A DNA stretch of 64,000 nucleotides from the human T2T-CHM13v2.0 reference genome, Homo sapiens (GCF_009914755.1 NC_060927.1); one strand, 5' to 3'. Shown: positions 1 through 17,161, counted from the first letter of the stretch. The notes: generated by a model not told the origin, from the letters alone. Translations and numbers: made by a program.

Positions 1-750
1 ATTCAAATGCATGGCAAAATAAAATCAACATAATTTACAAAATCATGTAAGTAAAATAAATTGGGCAGAAACATTGTGAGAATCTTTGAAAGGGTCAGGG
101 GTGTGTATGTTTAAACTTCAATTTGCTATTGAAGTTAGGAAGCATCTCAACTTTCTTAGGTTTAATTCCTAAGAAATAACAGAAAATAAGAAGCTATTAA
201 ATGTAAAAATGCTATGAAAATTAGGGCTCTGTAGTTGAAAAAAACTGCTTGCAATGGTTGTGTCAAACAGGTTAACTTTCTTCTAAAATATCTGGTCCCT
301 TTAAAGAGATAATTTTAGGTCATTTACTACTTTTAATTTTTTAAATTAATTCCATATTGTAGCTGACTCCTTTCCTTGTTGGATGATGACCTTCCTGAAG
401 GTATTTTCACAATTCAATAAACATTTTTCATTAACATTTTTAAAGTACTATGACAGATGGCATTTTTCTTGGAAGGATCAATAAATCGATGTATTTAACT
501 ATAAAAGAAAATAAACTTAAGGTAATTAGGATTTAATGCCAAACTTTGATATGCCAATTATCCAAAGTTTTACTGAAATTTTAGTATATATCCAAATAGT
601 TGGCTTTATAAACACTGCCAAAGTTTTGCATATTTTCTGTCCATTGACAGTCCAGTTGGTAAAAGAAAATTAGGCCAAAAGGTTGCAGATGAAAATGCTT
701 CTATAATATTAAGTGTTATTTTAGACAGTCCTTTAAAGTCTTCTACTTTG

Positions 751-887
751 GGCCAGATATGGTGGCTTATGCTTGTAATTCCAGTACTTTGGGAGGCCGA
801 GGTGAGAGGATTTCTTGAGGCCAGTAATTCAAGACCAGTCTACGTAACATAGTGTGACCCCATCTCTAATAATAATAATAATAATAA
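751..887 (+). mobile_element. FLAM/Alu left monomer with (AAT)n tail
   Basis: ggccagatatggtggcttatgcttgtaattccagtactttgggaggccgagg...gaccccatctct, then aat repeats; no right arm. Confidence 0.85.
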
Positions 888-2222
888 CTTTTTAAATTTT
901 TTAATAAGTAAATAAAATAAAATTTCTACATTGTATTATTTAAAATAATTTATTGAATATTGATGATATTACTAAATATGACCATAGGAAAATATAATAA
1001 AAAATAAAAAAGGTACATGATGGTAGGTGTTATTTTCCAAGTGGCAGATATGTCAAATTTAACATCCAAATGTGATAATAAATGAATTTCCTTTTTGGAC
1101 TAATGAAACTTGTTATACTGAAACTCTTCTTGTTAACCTTTCTTTTGCAAAACTCAATGATTTCTGAATTACCAGTTTAGACCCTTTTGAGGGGCACAAA
1201 ATTTCTCTTTCAGAAACCAAGGGTTTTTAGTGAGGGATCTCAACTTTTAGCAATATTTTAGGAGAGCTAGAAATTTCAGTTTCTGGAGATTTTGCCTCTA
1301 TCACTACCAGATTTTGAAAGGAAGACAAAATAAAAAGCAACTGTACATTCACATAACGTGAGGTTTCCTCATGATTAGGAAAGACAAGTTTGAAGTTGAT
1401 GGACTCTAGGATAGAAAGGTGTTAGGGGGCAGTAGGCTATTTATAATTAAAAATTTAGTTCCTCAGTCATAATAACCATATTTCAGGTGTTCAGTTTGCA
1501 ATGCTAAAAGCACCAATATAATCAGAAAAGCTGTGAATCCTATGACAATATCTAAATCACTTGCTGGATATACACAGTGGGGCAAAAAAAGTACATAATT
1601 TGACAAAGGTAATACAATTATTATTTAATTTAAATTAAACTGCTTGAACCTTAACAGTTACTACTAGAGCTTAGAACATTGATGACTTTAAAATCAGGAA
1701 AATCTGTGAAGTTATAAACTCAGTTTGTGTTTAGTGTACAAGATGACACAGTGAGAACTCACTTTATATTATAACAATGAAGTATTAAAGACTGAAATCT
1801 TTAGCTTTCTTTTTAATTGCTGAAGGATTAAAGACAATCATTTTTTATTAATGAAATAATTTATACATATTAGTTACAAGCCAAAGAAGTGTATTTTGTA
1901 AAAACATATAAGGAAAATGTGCCATCTACTTTTATAAGACATTTAAATAAGATAAAAATAAATATTTATAAATATTTTTATATTAAATATTTAAATAAAT
2001 GTTAAAATTACTACCGCATTCTCATCATTCATCTATCGCCTCTTACTTTATAATTGATTTATTTTATTAATATCTCCTTCTAATTTAATTACCTAATCTT
2101 GCTGCAATTTCTTCATCTTGGCTGTTCTAGATTCTGGTATGATATCACTTCCTTTCACTTTAGACTTTTTTTTCTCTTTCTTCTGCCTGCTGCTGATGCT
2201 GGTGGTCTGGCATGTTCCAAAG

Positions 2223-2294
2223 ACAACTTTTGCATGCGTGGCCTGTCTAACTTTTATCCTGATTTAACGAAACGGATCCGTACTTCCTATCAGA
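2223..2294 (+). CDS. STXBP5L: STXBP5L (tomosyn-2) internal coding exon, 72 nt, phase 1/1, probably an alternative cassette exon of the hypervariable region
   Basis: Acceptor ccaaAG (2221-2222), donor CAGA|gtaagt (2295). Encodes (D)NFCMRGLSNFYPDLTKRIRTSYQ(S) and joins in frame to the exon at 38367 (CAG A|GT TTA = Q S L). Peptide recognised from memory as tomosyn-2. Confidence 0.9.
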
Positions 2295-3489
2295 GTAAGT
2301 TATATAAAGGTTAGGCAAATAGCCTTTTTAAGACATAATGCTTGAGTTAAATCCATACATCAGTGCTCAGTAATGTGTTTCTTAAAACACATTCAGCATG
2401 CATGCAAATTTTTGTTTTGTTATGGTGTGCAACCTGATAATTTTAATAAACATTATTATAGAAATATTTCAATCCATTTTTGTCCTGTACCCATTCAATC
2501 ATACCCATTGTTTCAGTGTTTATTTCCAACCATGCAGACCATGTCCTACTATTCCAAGAGTCACTGTCTTTTATTTTGAGGAGGAAGAGCTATGATGCCC
2601 TGTAAATAATAAAACTTATTACTGACATGCCAGTATCAGTAATAAGTTAATGCTTTCTTATTTTGGCAACCTTATGCTTTGGCCATTTTATAATACTATT
2701 CTAACCAGGGTCACAATATTTGCTTCTTTTAAATAATTATATTCCTTGAAGATAACTAAGTATTCCTGATTTCTGATGATTTTTATTAAAATATACAAAC
2801 ATATTTCTATGGTGATTTAAGGCACTCAGACATTATAAAGTAGGATAATTAAGGTAAAAAGTAAACGAATAAATAATATCAACCTTTACCATGGTATCAA
2901 ACACAGATCCGAAGATGTCTAGAGTAAGCAATTATAAAAACTGGTATAGAAAGGATGAAGAGTGAGAGTGTGTGTGACTGGAGGTACAGATGAGACTAGT
3001 GATTTTATCGGTAAATATTTATTGACATAAAAAATGTTTATCATATGTTAATATATTCTGTTAAAAAGCAGGTTGTTTAACAATATATACAAAATGGCCT
3101 TATAGTTGTATAACATATACATTATACATTATATACACACACTCACACATATATGTTGTTTGTAACCTGAATTCCTTCAGACCTCACCAGTTCATAGATA
3201 CTAATGGAATCTTATCAGTAATAAAACCTAAAACTTTACTGGTTTATGCCCTTAGCTTACAAAAGTCAGTCTCTATGAAATCCTTAAAATGTTCCTGGGA
3301 ATGCCTAGAAGTTGAGTAATTTTTGCTCATAAATATTCTCTAGTTTTCTACTCTAGCAGAGCACCCCCTTTTAGGAATCCTTCCCACTCTCTCTGTTCCT
3401 GTTGCTGTGTGCGAGAATATTGGTATCTATGTTGGCTTCTGCTGCTCCTAAAACAGAAGCTTATTTGATACTATGATAACTGTGATATT

Positions 3490-3692
3490 TCTTGACATCT
3501 GAAAATTTTATAAAATTTCAGTTTCTGTAATAAAGTTTTATTGGAACATAGTCCCAATCATTCATTATATATTGTCCTTAAATGCTTTCACACTACAATG
3601 GCAGAGTTGAGTAGCTGCAACAAAAACTATATGCCCACAAGGCCTAAAATGTTTACTATCCTGTTCTTTACATTAAAGTTTGCTGATTCCTG
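3490..3692 (+). mobile_element. MER58-type hAT-Charlie DNA transposon fragment
   Basis: aataaagttttattggaaca...ggcagagttgagtagctgcaac...aaagtttgctgattcctg matches the recalled MER58 3' half. Confidence 0.75.
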
Positions 3693-3840
3693 CTCTGTGC
3701 CATTTTTTCATACCCATCCTCTGCACCACATAAAGGATTTCAGCCAAAACCTTTCTGTAAATAGTCTCAGGGTAGTTTAATACACATATTCAGATTTCAG
3801 AATCCCAGTTTAGCCTTCTGAAGGTAGGATCTCCTACATT

Positions 3841-3885
<45 letters not shown>
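3841..3885. repeat. (TG)n microsatellite, one interruption
   Basis: direct reading. Confidence 0.97.
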
Positions 3886-3888
<3 letters not shown>

Positions 3889-5159
3889 CAGAAAAGTTTC
3901 TGGAACATGGCTTTGTGGATTTTACAGACTTCTTTTGGCTTTACAGTATACTCTGATTTTTCTGTAATAAACTTGTAATTATTTTATGCTAAGAAGCTAA
4001 ATTGGAGACTGAAGGTCAGGAGCAGAAGCGGGCTCTTAGTTCATCAGGATCCTATAATATCAGCCATGATGTAAAGTTTTTAAAAGTTCTGAGAAATCTC
4101 AATAATATATTTTCTTATATTCCTTATATTTCCTTCAGAATTTTTTTTCAGCCCATCATTCAGGATCCTCTAAAGTATAATTTCTATCAACAACCTCAAA
4201 TGGATTTTCTACTATTCTCCTCTTAAGCCAAATTTTTGTATCTTACTACCATTATGTTTTACTCATATTATCCACTCTCTGGAAATGCCCTGCTAAAAGT
4301 TTACTTTCTATAGTAAGCCTTTCCTACCACCATCAGAGCCCTGTTGTGCCAATTCCTTTATTTAAATGCTTCCAGTGTCCAGGTTTGTACACAGTACAGG
4401 CTTGCCTGAACCATTTAGTTGACATTTAGCCTAGATTCATTTGTATGGCTACTTACTTTTATACTTTTGTTCTGCCTTTCCAAATGCATGACAAGAATCT
4501 CAAGACCATATCTAAAATTCTTTATATTCCCTGCATCTAGCACAAGTCACAAGATCTCTATGTAAATGATGATGTCAGTAGGATAGAGCATGGCAGCAGA
4601 CTTTATTCTCTCACATGAACTGCCAGAAAACTTTTCAAATCTGACAAATGAGAGAAGAACTAGGTAACAGGTTCACCAGAATTTTGCAAAAGTAATCATA
4701 GTTTCTAACTAGAGACCTAACGTTTTAAGTCAGAAGTAAAATCAAGTCTGTTGAAGGACTTAAAGAAATCCCCGTGTCTCTACCAGTGGGCCCCACAAGG
4801 GCTCAGACAAGCTCTAGGATTTCAAATCAGATTTCCTAAAAGTCTTCTCTGAATGACTGATATTGTATATTATGAAAAGGGATTGATTCTTTAACCACTC
4901 AAAGGCATATCCTACAATTGCTTTTCAAAATACATTTAATGAAAATTTGACTTGAAGTTTAACTATTGGATAATATAATCTGATTATATTTCTATAGTCT
5001 CACTTTATTATAGTAGACACTGCTCAGCCTTTTCATTAATTGCTTACTAACTTTCAGAAAAGCATATATGCATTGTTCATATTTGGGGTAATAGAACCCA
5101 GTTCCATTGATTATCTATTCTACTCTGCTAGTCAGTTTGACTCAGTGATATATTATCCA

Positions 5160-5830
5160 CTAGTGATTATAACCCTTTGAGGCAGATTGATATATATTAG
5201 TATATTTCTCTACACATGAGAAAATTGAAGTTGAAAAAAATGAAATTAGTCTCTCAAAGCCACACAGAATAAGTGGGACCCAAACTTATGCCTATCTGAC
5301 ACTAAAATTACTCGATAGGCTTTTCACTGTATAATCTTGGATCTCTAAGTGTCTTTTTTAAAGTTTCAGGAACATTGGAAACCAAGTCCGTTATTTTATA
5401 ATCAGAAAACACCTCAGTTTTTGCACACTCAATGAAATTATATCAATGACTCTTTTACTGGTCACCTTATTCCATAGGTTAGGCTCCAAACAGCTGACCT
5501 CCCCAAATTTTTAAATTACCAAGCGGCAAAACTTTCACATCATAGAATAATAAAATTTTGTAGTTGAAAGAAAACTTTCGTGTTCTACAGATTATGATTT
5601 TTAGAAGCAGAAAAACGCTTTGAAAAGAACAGCGGACATCTGATCAGAAGATTTACATTGTTTTACCTTTTCCATTTATTAGCTACTTCATACATTTATA
5701 ATCTTAAACAAGGCATTTAATCACTCTGAGTTTCTTTCTTCTAATATATAAAGTAAAAATTGCAATTTCTACCTCCCTTAGAGAGTTGTAGAACTTTTCT
5801 GGGTTAATGTTAATAAAAGTGATTCTATAA
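5160..5830. mobile_element. Degenerate MIR fragments (~5160-5305 and ~5640-5830, opposite orientations)
   Basis: Core-like motifs catgagaaaattgaag...aagccacacag and caaggcatttaatcactctgagtttc. Confidence 0.5.
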
Positions 5831-6361
5831 ATGTTAGTTATTATAATTATTATAAAAGATGAACCAACCCACACCACAGAGAGGTTAAATAACTTCCAGA
5901 ATCATAAGAAATCTATGGAATACGTAGAACTAAAACTCAGGCTGCTGCCTCATTGCCTAGCAACAGTTCTACTTATGATAATCACATAAATTTTGCTATT
6001 TAAAAACTGATATTATGCCATTTGAATCAAGGGAAGTTTGAAAAATAGGCTTAATGTAGAGAATTGTCTACATTGCTTGTGCATCAATTTCTAGTTATGC
6101 AACAAGGGATCCTTTGGAGAGTCCCAGGCCTATTATCCCTTTCTTTTCAAAGGGTAGGGGTATGATAACAGATCCTAAAAACACCTGAAACATAAAGAAG
6201 AAATAAAAGAAAAGGGGATGATAAGAGAACTATCCAAGAAAGGCAAATAAGTATTGTAAAACGAACAGAAAGTCAGGAATGGAGAAGTAAACAAAAAATT
6301 AAAGAAGAAATGCTTTAAGAAACAAAAATCAGCAAAAATTATGGTAAACAATAAATGGGGA

Positions 6362-6639
6362 AAACATTCATTCAAATAATATTTTACTGAGCATCTCTTG
6401 TGTCAAACATTTTTCTAGGCATTAAGTACATAGTGATGAGTGAAACAATTATGGTCTTTTCCTTTCATTTATAACAGGTAATATACAGATAAATAAAGTC
6501 ATAGATAATTGAAGAAAGGTGGCAATGCAATAATAGGGAAAAATGAGATAAGGTGGACCTATTTTTGAAAGTGTTGTCAGGGAATGGCCTATCCAACATG
6601 GAAACATTTAAGTGAAGTTTTGCAAGATAAATAGTCAAA

Positions 6640-6640
<1 letters not shown>
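6362..6640 (-). mobile_element. L2 3' end (continues at ~13470)
   Basis: cattcattcaaataatattttactgagcatctcttgtgtcaaaca is the reverse of the L2 3' terminus. Confidence 0.65.
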
Positions 6641-8055
<1,415 letters not shown>

Positions 8056-9038
8056 CTGTTCTTGCATTAGTTAGCTTAGAATAATGGCCTCCAGCTCTAT
8101 TCATGTTGCTGCAAATGACATGATTTCATTCTTTTTTATGGCTGTGTAGTGTTCCATGGTGTACATGTATGACATTTTCTTAATCCAGTCTACTGTTGAT
8201 GGGCATTTAGACTGATTCCATGTTATTGCCATTGTGAATAGTGCTGCAGTAAACATACGCATGCATGTGTTTTTATGGTAAACCACAAGTTATATTTCTT
8301 CGGGTATATACATAATAGTGGGATTGCTGGGTTGAGTGATAATTCTGTTTTAAGTTCTTTGAGAAATTGCCACACTGATTTCCACAATGGCTGAACTAAT
8401 ATACACTCTTACCAACAGTGTATAAGCATTCTCTTTCATCCACAGTCTCTCCAACATCTGTTATTTTTTGACTTTGTAATAATGGACATTCTGACTGGTG
8501 TGAGATGGTATCTCATTGTGGTTTTGATTTGCATTTTTCTAATGATTGGAGGTGTTGAGCATTTTTTCATATGCTTGTTGGAATCATGTGTGTCTTCTTT
8601 AGAAAGGTGTCTATTTATGTCTTTTGCCTACTTTTTAATAAAATCATTTTTTTTGTTACAAATTTGTTTACATTTCTTACAGATTCTGAGTATTAAACCT
8701 TTGTTGGATGCATAATTTGCAAATATTTTCTCCTATCCTGAAGGTTGTCTGTATACTCTGTTGATAGTTTTTATAGCTGTGCTCAAGCTATTTAGTTTGA
8801 TTAGGTCCTATTTGTCAATTTTTGTTTTTGTTGTAATTGCTTTTGGCATCTTCATCATGAAATCTTTGTCAGGTCCTATGTCACATGGACAAAAAGAAGT
8901 GAACAACAGACACTGGGGCCTACTTGAGGGTGGAGTGTGAGAGCGGGGAGAGGATTTTAAAAATACCTACCAGGCACTATACTTATTACTGGGTGACTAA
9001 ATAATCTGTACACCAAACTCCCACAACATGCAGTTCAC
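8056..9038 (+). mobile_element. Old L1PA (PA13-16-like), 5'-inverted: 8056-8881 antisense, 8882-9038 sense 3'UTR, tail missing
   Basis: Antisense ORF2 end/3'UTR abuts sense cacatggacaaaaagaag...catgcagttcacc. Confidence 0.8.
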
Positions 9039-12000
9039 CAGCCAAGTATCTGTTCCCCTTCAAGAGACTCCCCCAACACAAAAGGACTCACATAAACTTA
9101 AGGTAAAGGAGTAGAAAAACATTCCATGCAAATGGACACCAAAAGTGAGCAGGAGTAGCTATTCTTATATCAGACAAAACAGACTTTAAAGCAACAATAT
9201 TTAAGAAAGACATGAAGGGACATTGTTTAAAGAATGTCCCTTCTTGTTTAAAGAAGACAGGAAGGGACATTAAATATGATAAAAGGACTAGTCCAACGGG
9301 AAAATATAACAATTCTAGATTTATATGCATCTAACACAGGATCTCCCAAATTTATGAAACAATTACTACTAGACCTAAGAAATGAGATAAACAACAACAC
9401 AATAATAGTGCAGTACTTCAGTACTCCACTGACAGCACTAGACAGGTCATTCAGACAGAAAGTCAACAAAGAAACAATGGACTTAAACTATACCCTAGAA
9501 CAAATGGACTTAACAGATATTTACAGAACATTCTACCCAACAACTGCAGAATATACATTCTATTCATGAGCACATGGAACATTAACCAGGATAGACCATA
9601 TGATAGGCCACAAAACAAGTCTCAATAAATTTTTAAAAGTCAAAATTATATCAAGTACTCTCTCAGACCACAGTGGAATAAAATTCACACAGTGGAATCA
9701 ACTCCAAAAGGAACCCTCAAAACTATGCAAATACATAGAAATTAAATAATCTGCCCCTGAATGATAGTTGGGTCAACAATGAAATCAAGATGGAAATTTA
9801 AAAATTCTTTGAACTGAGTGGTAATAGTGGCACAACCTATCAAAACCTCTGGGATACAGCAAAAGCAGTGCTAAGAGGAGAGTTCATAGCATTAATGCCT
9901 ACATCAAAAAGTCTGAAAGAGCACAAATAGACAATCTAAGGTCACACCTCAAGGAACCAGAGAAACAAGAGCAAACCCAAACCCAGCAGAAAAAAAGAAA
10001 GAACAAAGATCAGAGCAGAACTAAATGAAATTGAAACAAACAAAAAATACAAAAGATAAATGAACCAAAATGTGGTTCTTTGAAAAGATTAACAAAATTG
10101 ACAGAATATTAATGATATTAACCAAGAAAAGAAGAGAGAAGATCCAAATAAACTCAATTAGAAACAAATGGGAAATATTACAACCAATACAACAGAAATA
10201 CAAAAGGTCATTCAAGACTACTATCATCACCTTTATGCACACAAACTAGAAAACCTAGAGAAGATGGATAAATTCCTGGAAATATACAACCCTCCTGGAT
10301 TAAACCAGGAAGAAATAGAAACTCTGAACCAACCAATAACAAGCAGTGAGATTAAAATGGTAATTTAAAAAATTGCCAACAACAAAAAAAGTCCAGGACC
10401 AGATGGATTCACAGCTGAATTCTATCAGACATTCAAAAAAGAATTGGTACCAATCCTATTGAAACTATTCCAAAAGATAGAGAAAGAGGGAATCCTCCCC
10501 CCAAATCATTCTGTGAAGCCAGTATCACCCTAATATCAAAACCAAGAAGGGACATAACAAAAAAGAAGACTACAGACTGATATCCCTGGTGAACGTACGT
10601 GCAAATATCCTCAACAAAATACTAGCTAACCAAATCTAACAGCATATCAAGAAGATAATCTACCACAATCAAGTGGGTTTCATACCAGGGATGCAGGGAT
10701 GGTTTAACATACACAAGTCAATAAATGTGATACATCACGAAACAAAATTTAAAATCGTATGATCATCTCAATAGATGCAGAAAAAGCATTTGATAAAATT
10801 CATCATCTCTTTATGATTAAAACCCTCGGCAAAATCAGCATAGAAGGAAAACAACTAAGGGTAATAAAAGCCATCTATGACGGATGTACAGACAACATTT
10901 TACGGAATGGGGGAAAGCTGAAAACATTCCTTCTGAGAATTAGAAAAAAACAAAGATGCCCACTTTCACCACTTCTAGTCAACATAGTACTGGAAGTCCT
11001 AGCCAGAGCAACCAGACAAGAGAAATAAATAAAGGGCATATGAATCAGTAAAGAGGAAATCCAACTGTCACTATTTGCCAATGATAAGATTGTATGCCTA
11101 GAATACCCTAAAGACACATCCAAAAAGCACATGGATCTGAAAAGTGAATTTAGTAAAGTTTCAGGATACAAAATCAATGTACACAAATCAATAGCACTGC
11201 TATATACCAATAGTGACCAAGCTGAGAATCAAATTAAGAACTCAACCCCTTTTACAACAGCTGTAAAAAAAATAAAATAAAATACTTAGAAATTTACCTA
11301 ACTAAGGAGGTGAACGATCTCTACAAGGAAAACTACAAAACACTGCTGAAATAAATAATGGACAACACAAACAAATGGAAATACATGCCATGCTCATGGA
11401 TGGGTAGACTCAATATTGTGAAAATGACCATGCTATCAAAAGCAATCTACAAATTCAATGGAATTTCCATCAAAATACCATCATTATTCTTCACAAAACT
11501 AGAAAAAACAATCCTAAAATTCATTCACACAGTACCAAAAAAGCCCACATTGTCAAAGCAAGACTAAGCAAAAAGAAAAAATCTGGAGGCATCACGTTAC
11601 TTGACTTCAAACTACACTACAAGGCTATCGTTACCAAAACTTCATGGTACTGACATAAAGATAGGCACATAGACCACTGGAACAAAACAGAGAGCCCAGA
11701 AATAAAGCCAAATACTTGCAGCCAACTCATCAACAAAGCGAACAATAATATAAAGTGGGGAAAGGACACCCTATTCAATAAATGATCCTGGCATAATTGG
11801 CAAGCCACATGTAGAAAAATGAAACTGGATCATCATTTCTACCCTTGTACAAAAATCAACTCAGGATGAATCAAAGACTTAAATCTAAGACCTGAAACCA
11901 TAGAAATTCTGAAGATAACATTGGAAAAACCTTTCTAGACATTGGCTTAAACATAGACTTTATGACCAAGAACCCAAAAGCAAATGCAGCAAAAACAAAG

Positions 12001-12996
12001 ATAAATAGATGGGACTTAATTAAACTAAAAACTTCCTCACAGCAAAATAAATAATCAGTAAACAGACAACCCACAGAGTGGGAGAAAATTTTCACAAACT
12101 ATGCATCTGACAAGGACTAATATCTAGAATCTATAGGAACTCAAATCAGCCAGAAAAAAAATCAAATAATCCCATCAAAAAGTGAGTTAAAGACATGAAT
12201 AGACAATTCTCAAAGGAAGATATACAAATGGCCAACAAACACGTAAAAATGCTTATCACTAATTATCAGGGAAATGCAAATCAAAATCACAATGCAATAC
12301 CATCTTTCTCCTGCAAGAATGGCCGTAATTTAAAAATCAAAAATAATACATGTTAGCATGGATATAGTGAAAAGAGAACCCTTTTACACTGCTGGTAGGA
12401 ATGTAAACTACTACAACTACTATGGAAAACAGTATGAAGATTCCTTAAAGAACCAAAAGTAGATCTACCATTCGATCCAGCAATCCCACCACTGGGTATC
12501 TACCCAGAGGAAAAGAAGTCATTATATGAAAAAGACACTTGCACATGCATGTTTATAGCAGCACAATTCACAATTGCAATAATATGGAACCAACCCAAAT
12601 GGCCATCAATCAACGAGTGGATAAAGAAAATGTGGTATATCATGGAATACTACTGAGCCATAAAAAGTAATGAAATGATGGCATTTGCAGCAACCTGGAT
12701 GGAGTTGGAGACCATTATTCTAAGTGAAGTAACTCAGGAATGGAAAACCAAACATTGTAAGTTCTCACTTATAAGTGGGAGCTAAGTTATGAGGCTGCAA
12801 AGGCATAAGAATGATACAGTGGACTTTAGGGACTCAAGGGAAAGGGTGGGAGGTAGGTGAGGGATAAAAGATGACACATTGGGTACAGTGCACACTGCTT
12901 GGTTATGGGTGCACTAAAATCTCAGGAATCACCACTACTTATCCATGTAAATAAACACCACTTGTTACCTAAAAACCTATTAAAACGAAAAAAAAA
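9039..12996 (+). mobile_element. L1PB (L1PB1-like), 5'-truncated, decayed ORF2 plus 3'UTR and A tail
   Basis: ORF2 fragments in the ORF track (9276, 10168, 10759, 11358); 3'UTR gcaaaggcataagaatgatac...ggtacagtgcacactgc; A tail ~12985-12996. Confidence 0.9.
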
Positions 12997-13004
12997 TTTT
13001 AAAT

Positions 13005-13465
13005 TTTAAACACTAAAACAACTCAAATTTTTATTAAGTAAATGGATAAACAAATTCTGGCAAATCCAAACAATGGTGCTCTGCTCCGCAATAAAAAAGA
13101 ATATACTATTGATAACTACTACAACATGGATGAATCCAAAATAATTGTAGTGAGTAAAAATAATCAGGAAAAAAAAGGACACATTACTGTATGATTCCAT
13201 TTCTATAGAATTCCAGGAAATGAAAAGCAATGCATAGTGACAGAAAGCAGATTAGTAATTGCCTGGGAATGGGAAGGGACACATATGGTGAGGGCTGGAA
13301 GAGAGGGTTACAAAAGGGCACAAAGAAACTCTTGGGCATGACAGAAGTGTTTATTATGTTAATTGCAAAGATGGTTTTATGGATGTATACGTATGTCAAA
13401 ATGTATTCAAATAGTACATTTTATAAACATATTAATTAAACCTTAACAAGGCTATTTTTTAAAAG
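13005..13465 (+). mobile_element. Old L1M 3' end
   Basis: acaacatggatgaatc...tactgtatgattccatttctatag...gattagtaattgcctggg. Confidence 0.75.
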
Positions 13466-13469
13466 AAGA

Positions 13470-15270
<1,801 letters not shown>

Positions 15271-15605
15271 AAGAAATGAGAGAACTACAGAATGAAGAGA
15301 TACATTGAAAAGTACATTGTTTCATTGAGAGATGAAACAAGTGATTGTTATATCTGATTTTCAGTTCAGTATTTTAGTAGTTTTTTCTCTTAAAATCAGT
15401 TTTACAGTGTAAATTTCTTACTACAAAGCTTTATGTTGAAAATCAACTACTTTGAATTGTAATTAGTAGGAAAAAATATGTTTCTATCTTTGAATTTACA
15501 AAAATCAACAAAAACATACAAAATACGGGAGATATTACCTAGCAGTATGTGTGAATTTTCTTGACGTTAGTTAATAGTAATCTCATCGTGAGTCAGACAA
15601 ATAAA

Positions 15606-15757
15606 ACAGTCTCTCAACTAGGAATAACATTGTACCCCAGGGATATTTGGCAATGTCTGTGAACTTTTCGATTGTCACAACTGAAGAGTAGGGATAGTCT
15701 ACTGACACCTACATCTACAATGTATTTCTACAACAAAATATTATCTGGCCAAAATGT
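15606..15757 (+). mobile_element. MER20-like DNA transposon remnant
   Basis: ccccagggatatttggcaatgtctg...ttgtcacaactg...ttatctggccaaaatgt. Confidence 0.65.
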
Positions 15758-17157
15758 GAAATCAAATTGAAAACATTTAGAACACAATTGTAAATAATAA
15801 TTTAGTAAGCAAAAATTTTAAAGTGTAGACTATATGGATGGAAATATTTGTATATTGGGTATAAGTCTCCTAGAGAATACTGATATTTTATTTGATGTTT
15901 ACAAGTTATTACTTAAAGTACTATCTTATTATATTACCAAGTAAGCTACATCACAGGTGTATATTTTTAAGTTATAAAAGTTGGTGTGATTCACAGTAGC
16001 CAGGAAATCATATTTCTGATACTCAATTGTTTATTTACCATAAAAGTTCTGTATCTGTTCCAACCAGAATTTATTACATACTTTCTGATGAATCACTGTA
16101 AAAACCTTCAAGTTTAGTAGCCAATTTGCTTTACTCTATTCACATGTCAGACACAGCTTTATCCACATAAAATCTTGGGGAAATTTCATCATTTAGTGCT
16201 CATTAGAGTATTAGCAAAAGCATGATGTTTGACTTGTACCCTGAGTACTTTAGTAGAATACCTACTAATGTCAGTAATGGATTAACCAACTTAACTGGTT
16301 TCCATTCCACTGATTCCTCCTGTCTTCAATCCAGCTTTCACAGTATTTCCAATATTTCAAATATAAGTGAAAGAGGGGCTTTCCATTTCCAGATAGGATG
16401 TTAAAAGATGTAAAAGACCTTAATCCCCATGGTAGGAACAATGATGAAAACAACAAAATCCTATAGTAATGACAATAAAATTAAAATTATCCTTTTCTAT
16501 GGGGCTATGGAAGAGTGATACATTCAAAGAAGTCTAATTAACTGAATGCCAGACAGAGAAGAGCCATTCACAGGTGAGCAGAAAGCTACTGCTGCTTCCA
16601 TACCTGGGGCTAGTGACTGACCTGGGTATAGGTGGGGGAAAGAGTGGGCTTTTGATAGATAGACAGACTGAAAGGAATAGAAAATAGCCAGTGAGGTTTA
16701 ATGGCTGTTTGGACTGACCTATAGATTGGAATTTGAAAGAATTTGAAACAACCCTAAATAGAAAAATAAATCATTCAAGTTGGCAATTGTCTGCCACTAA
16801 ACCCTCACCAATCTCAGAATTTTTCTGCAAAAGTAGCAATGCAGGTGGACTGGAAGGCAGAGAAATTTATGCAGTCTTAATGTGCTGTATTCTGGGGTAA
16901 TTATAGAATTTAACCAAAAGTTGAATTAAGATGAATTAAAACTATCTGAAACAGCATCCCAACTGTGTCACTGCACAAATACCAATACAAATAACAATCA
17001 GTCCCTTGGCAAAGGGGGTATAAAAGATTGAGTGTTGGATTGAGAAATAAAGAGAGATTTTCATAGTCCAATTTGAAACAACAGTGGAACTTAATCTTAT
17101 TAAAGCTACAGCCCAGCCCCAGCTTAAATACTTAGCAGAATCCGAATGATTCTACAT

Positions 17158-17161
<4 letters not shown>

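Noticed and set aside
1940-2010. AT-only palindrome aaatatttataaatattt (1960-1977)
   Set aside because: Expected by chance in low-complexity AT-rich sequence
2099-2314. 71-aa ORF as a standalone gene
   Set aside because: Only 2223-2294 is coding (spliced exon); the rest is intron read-through
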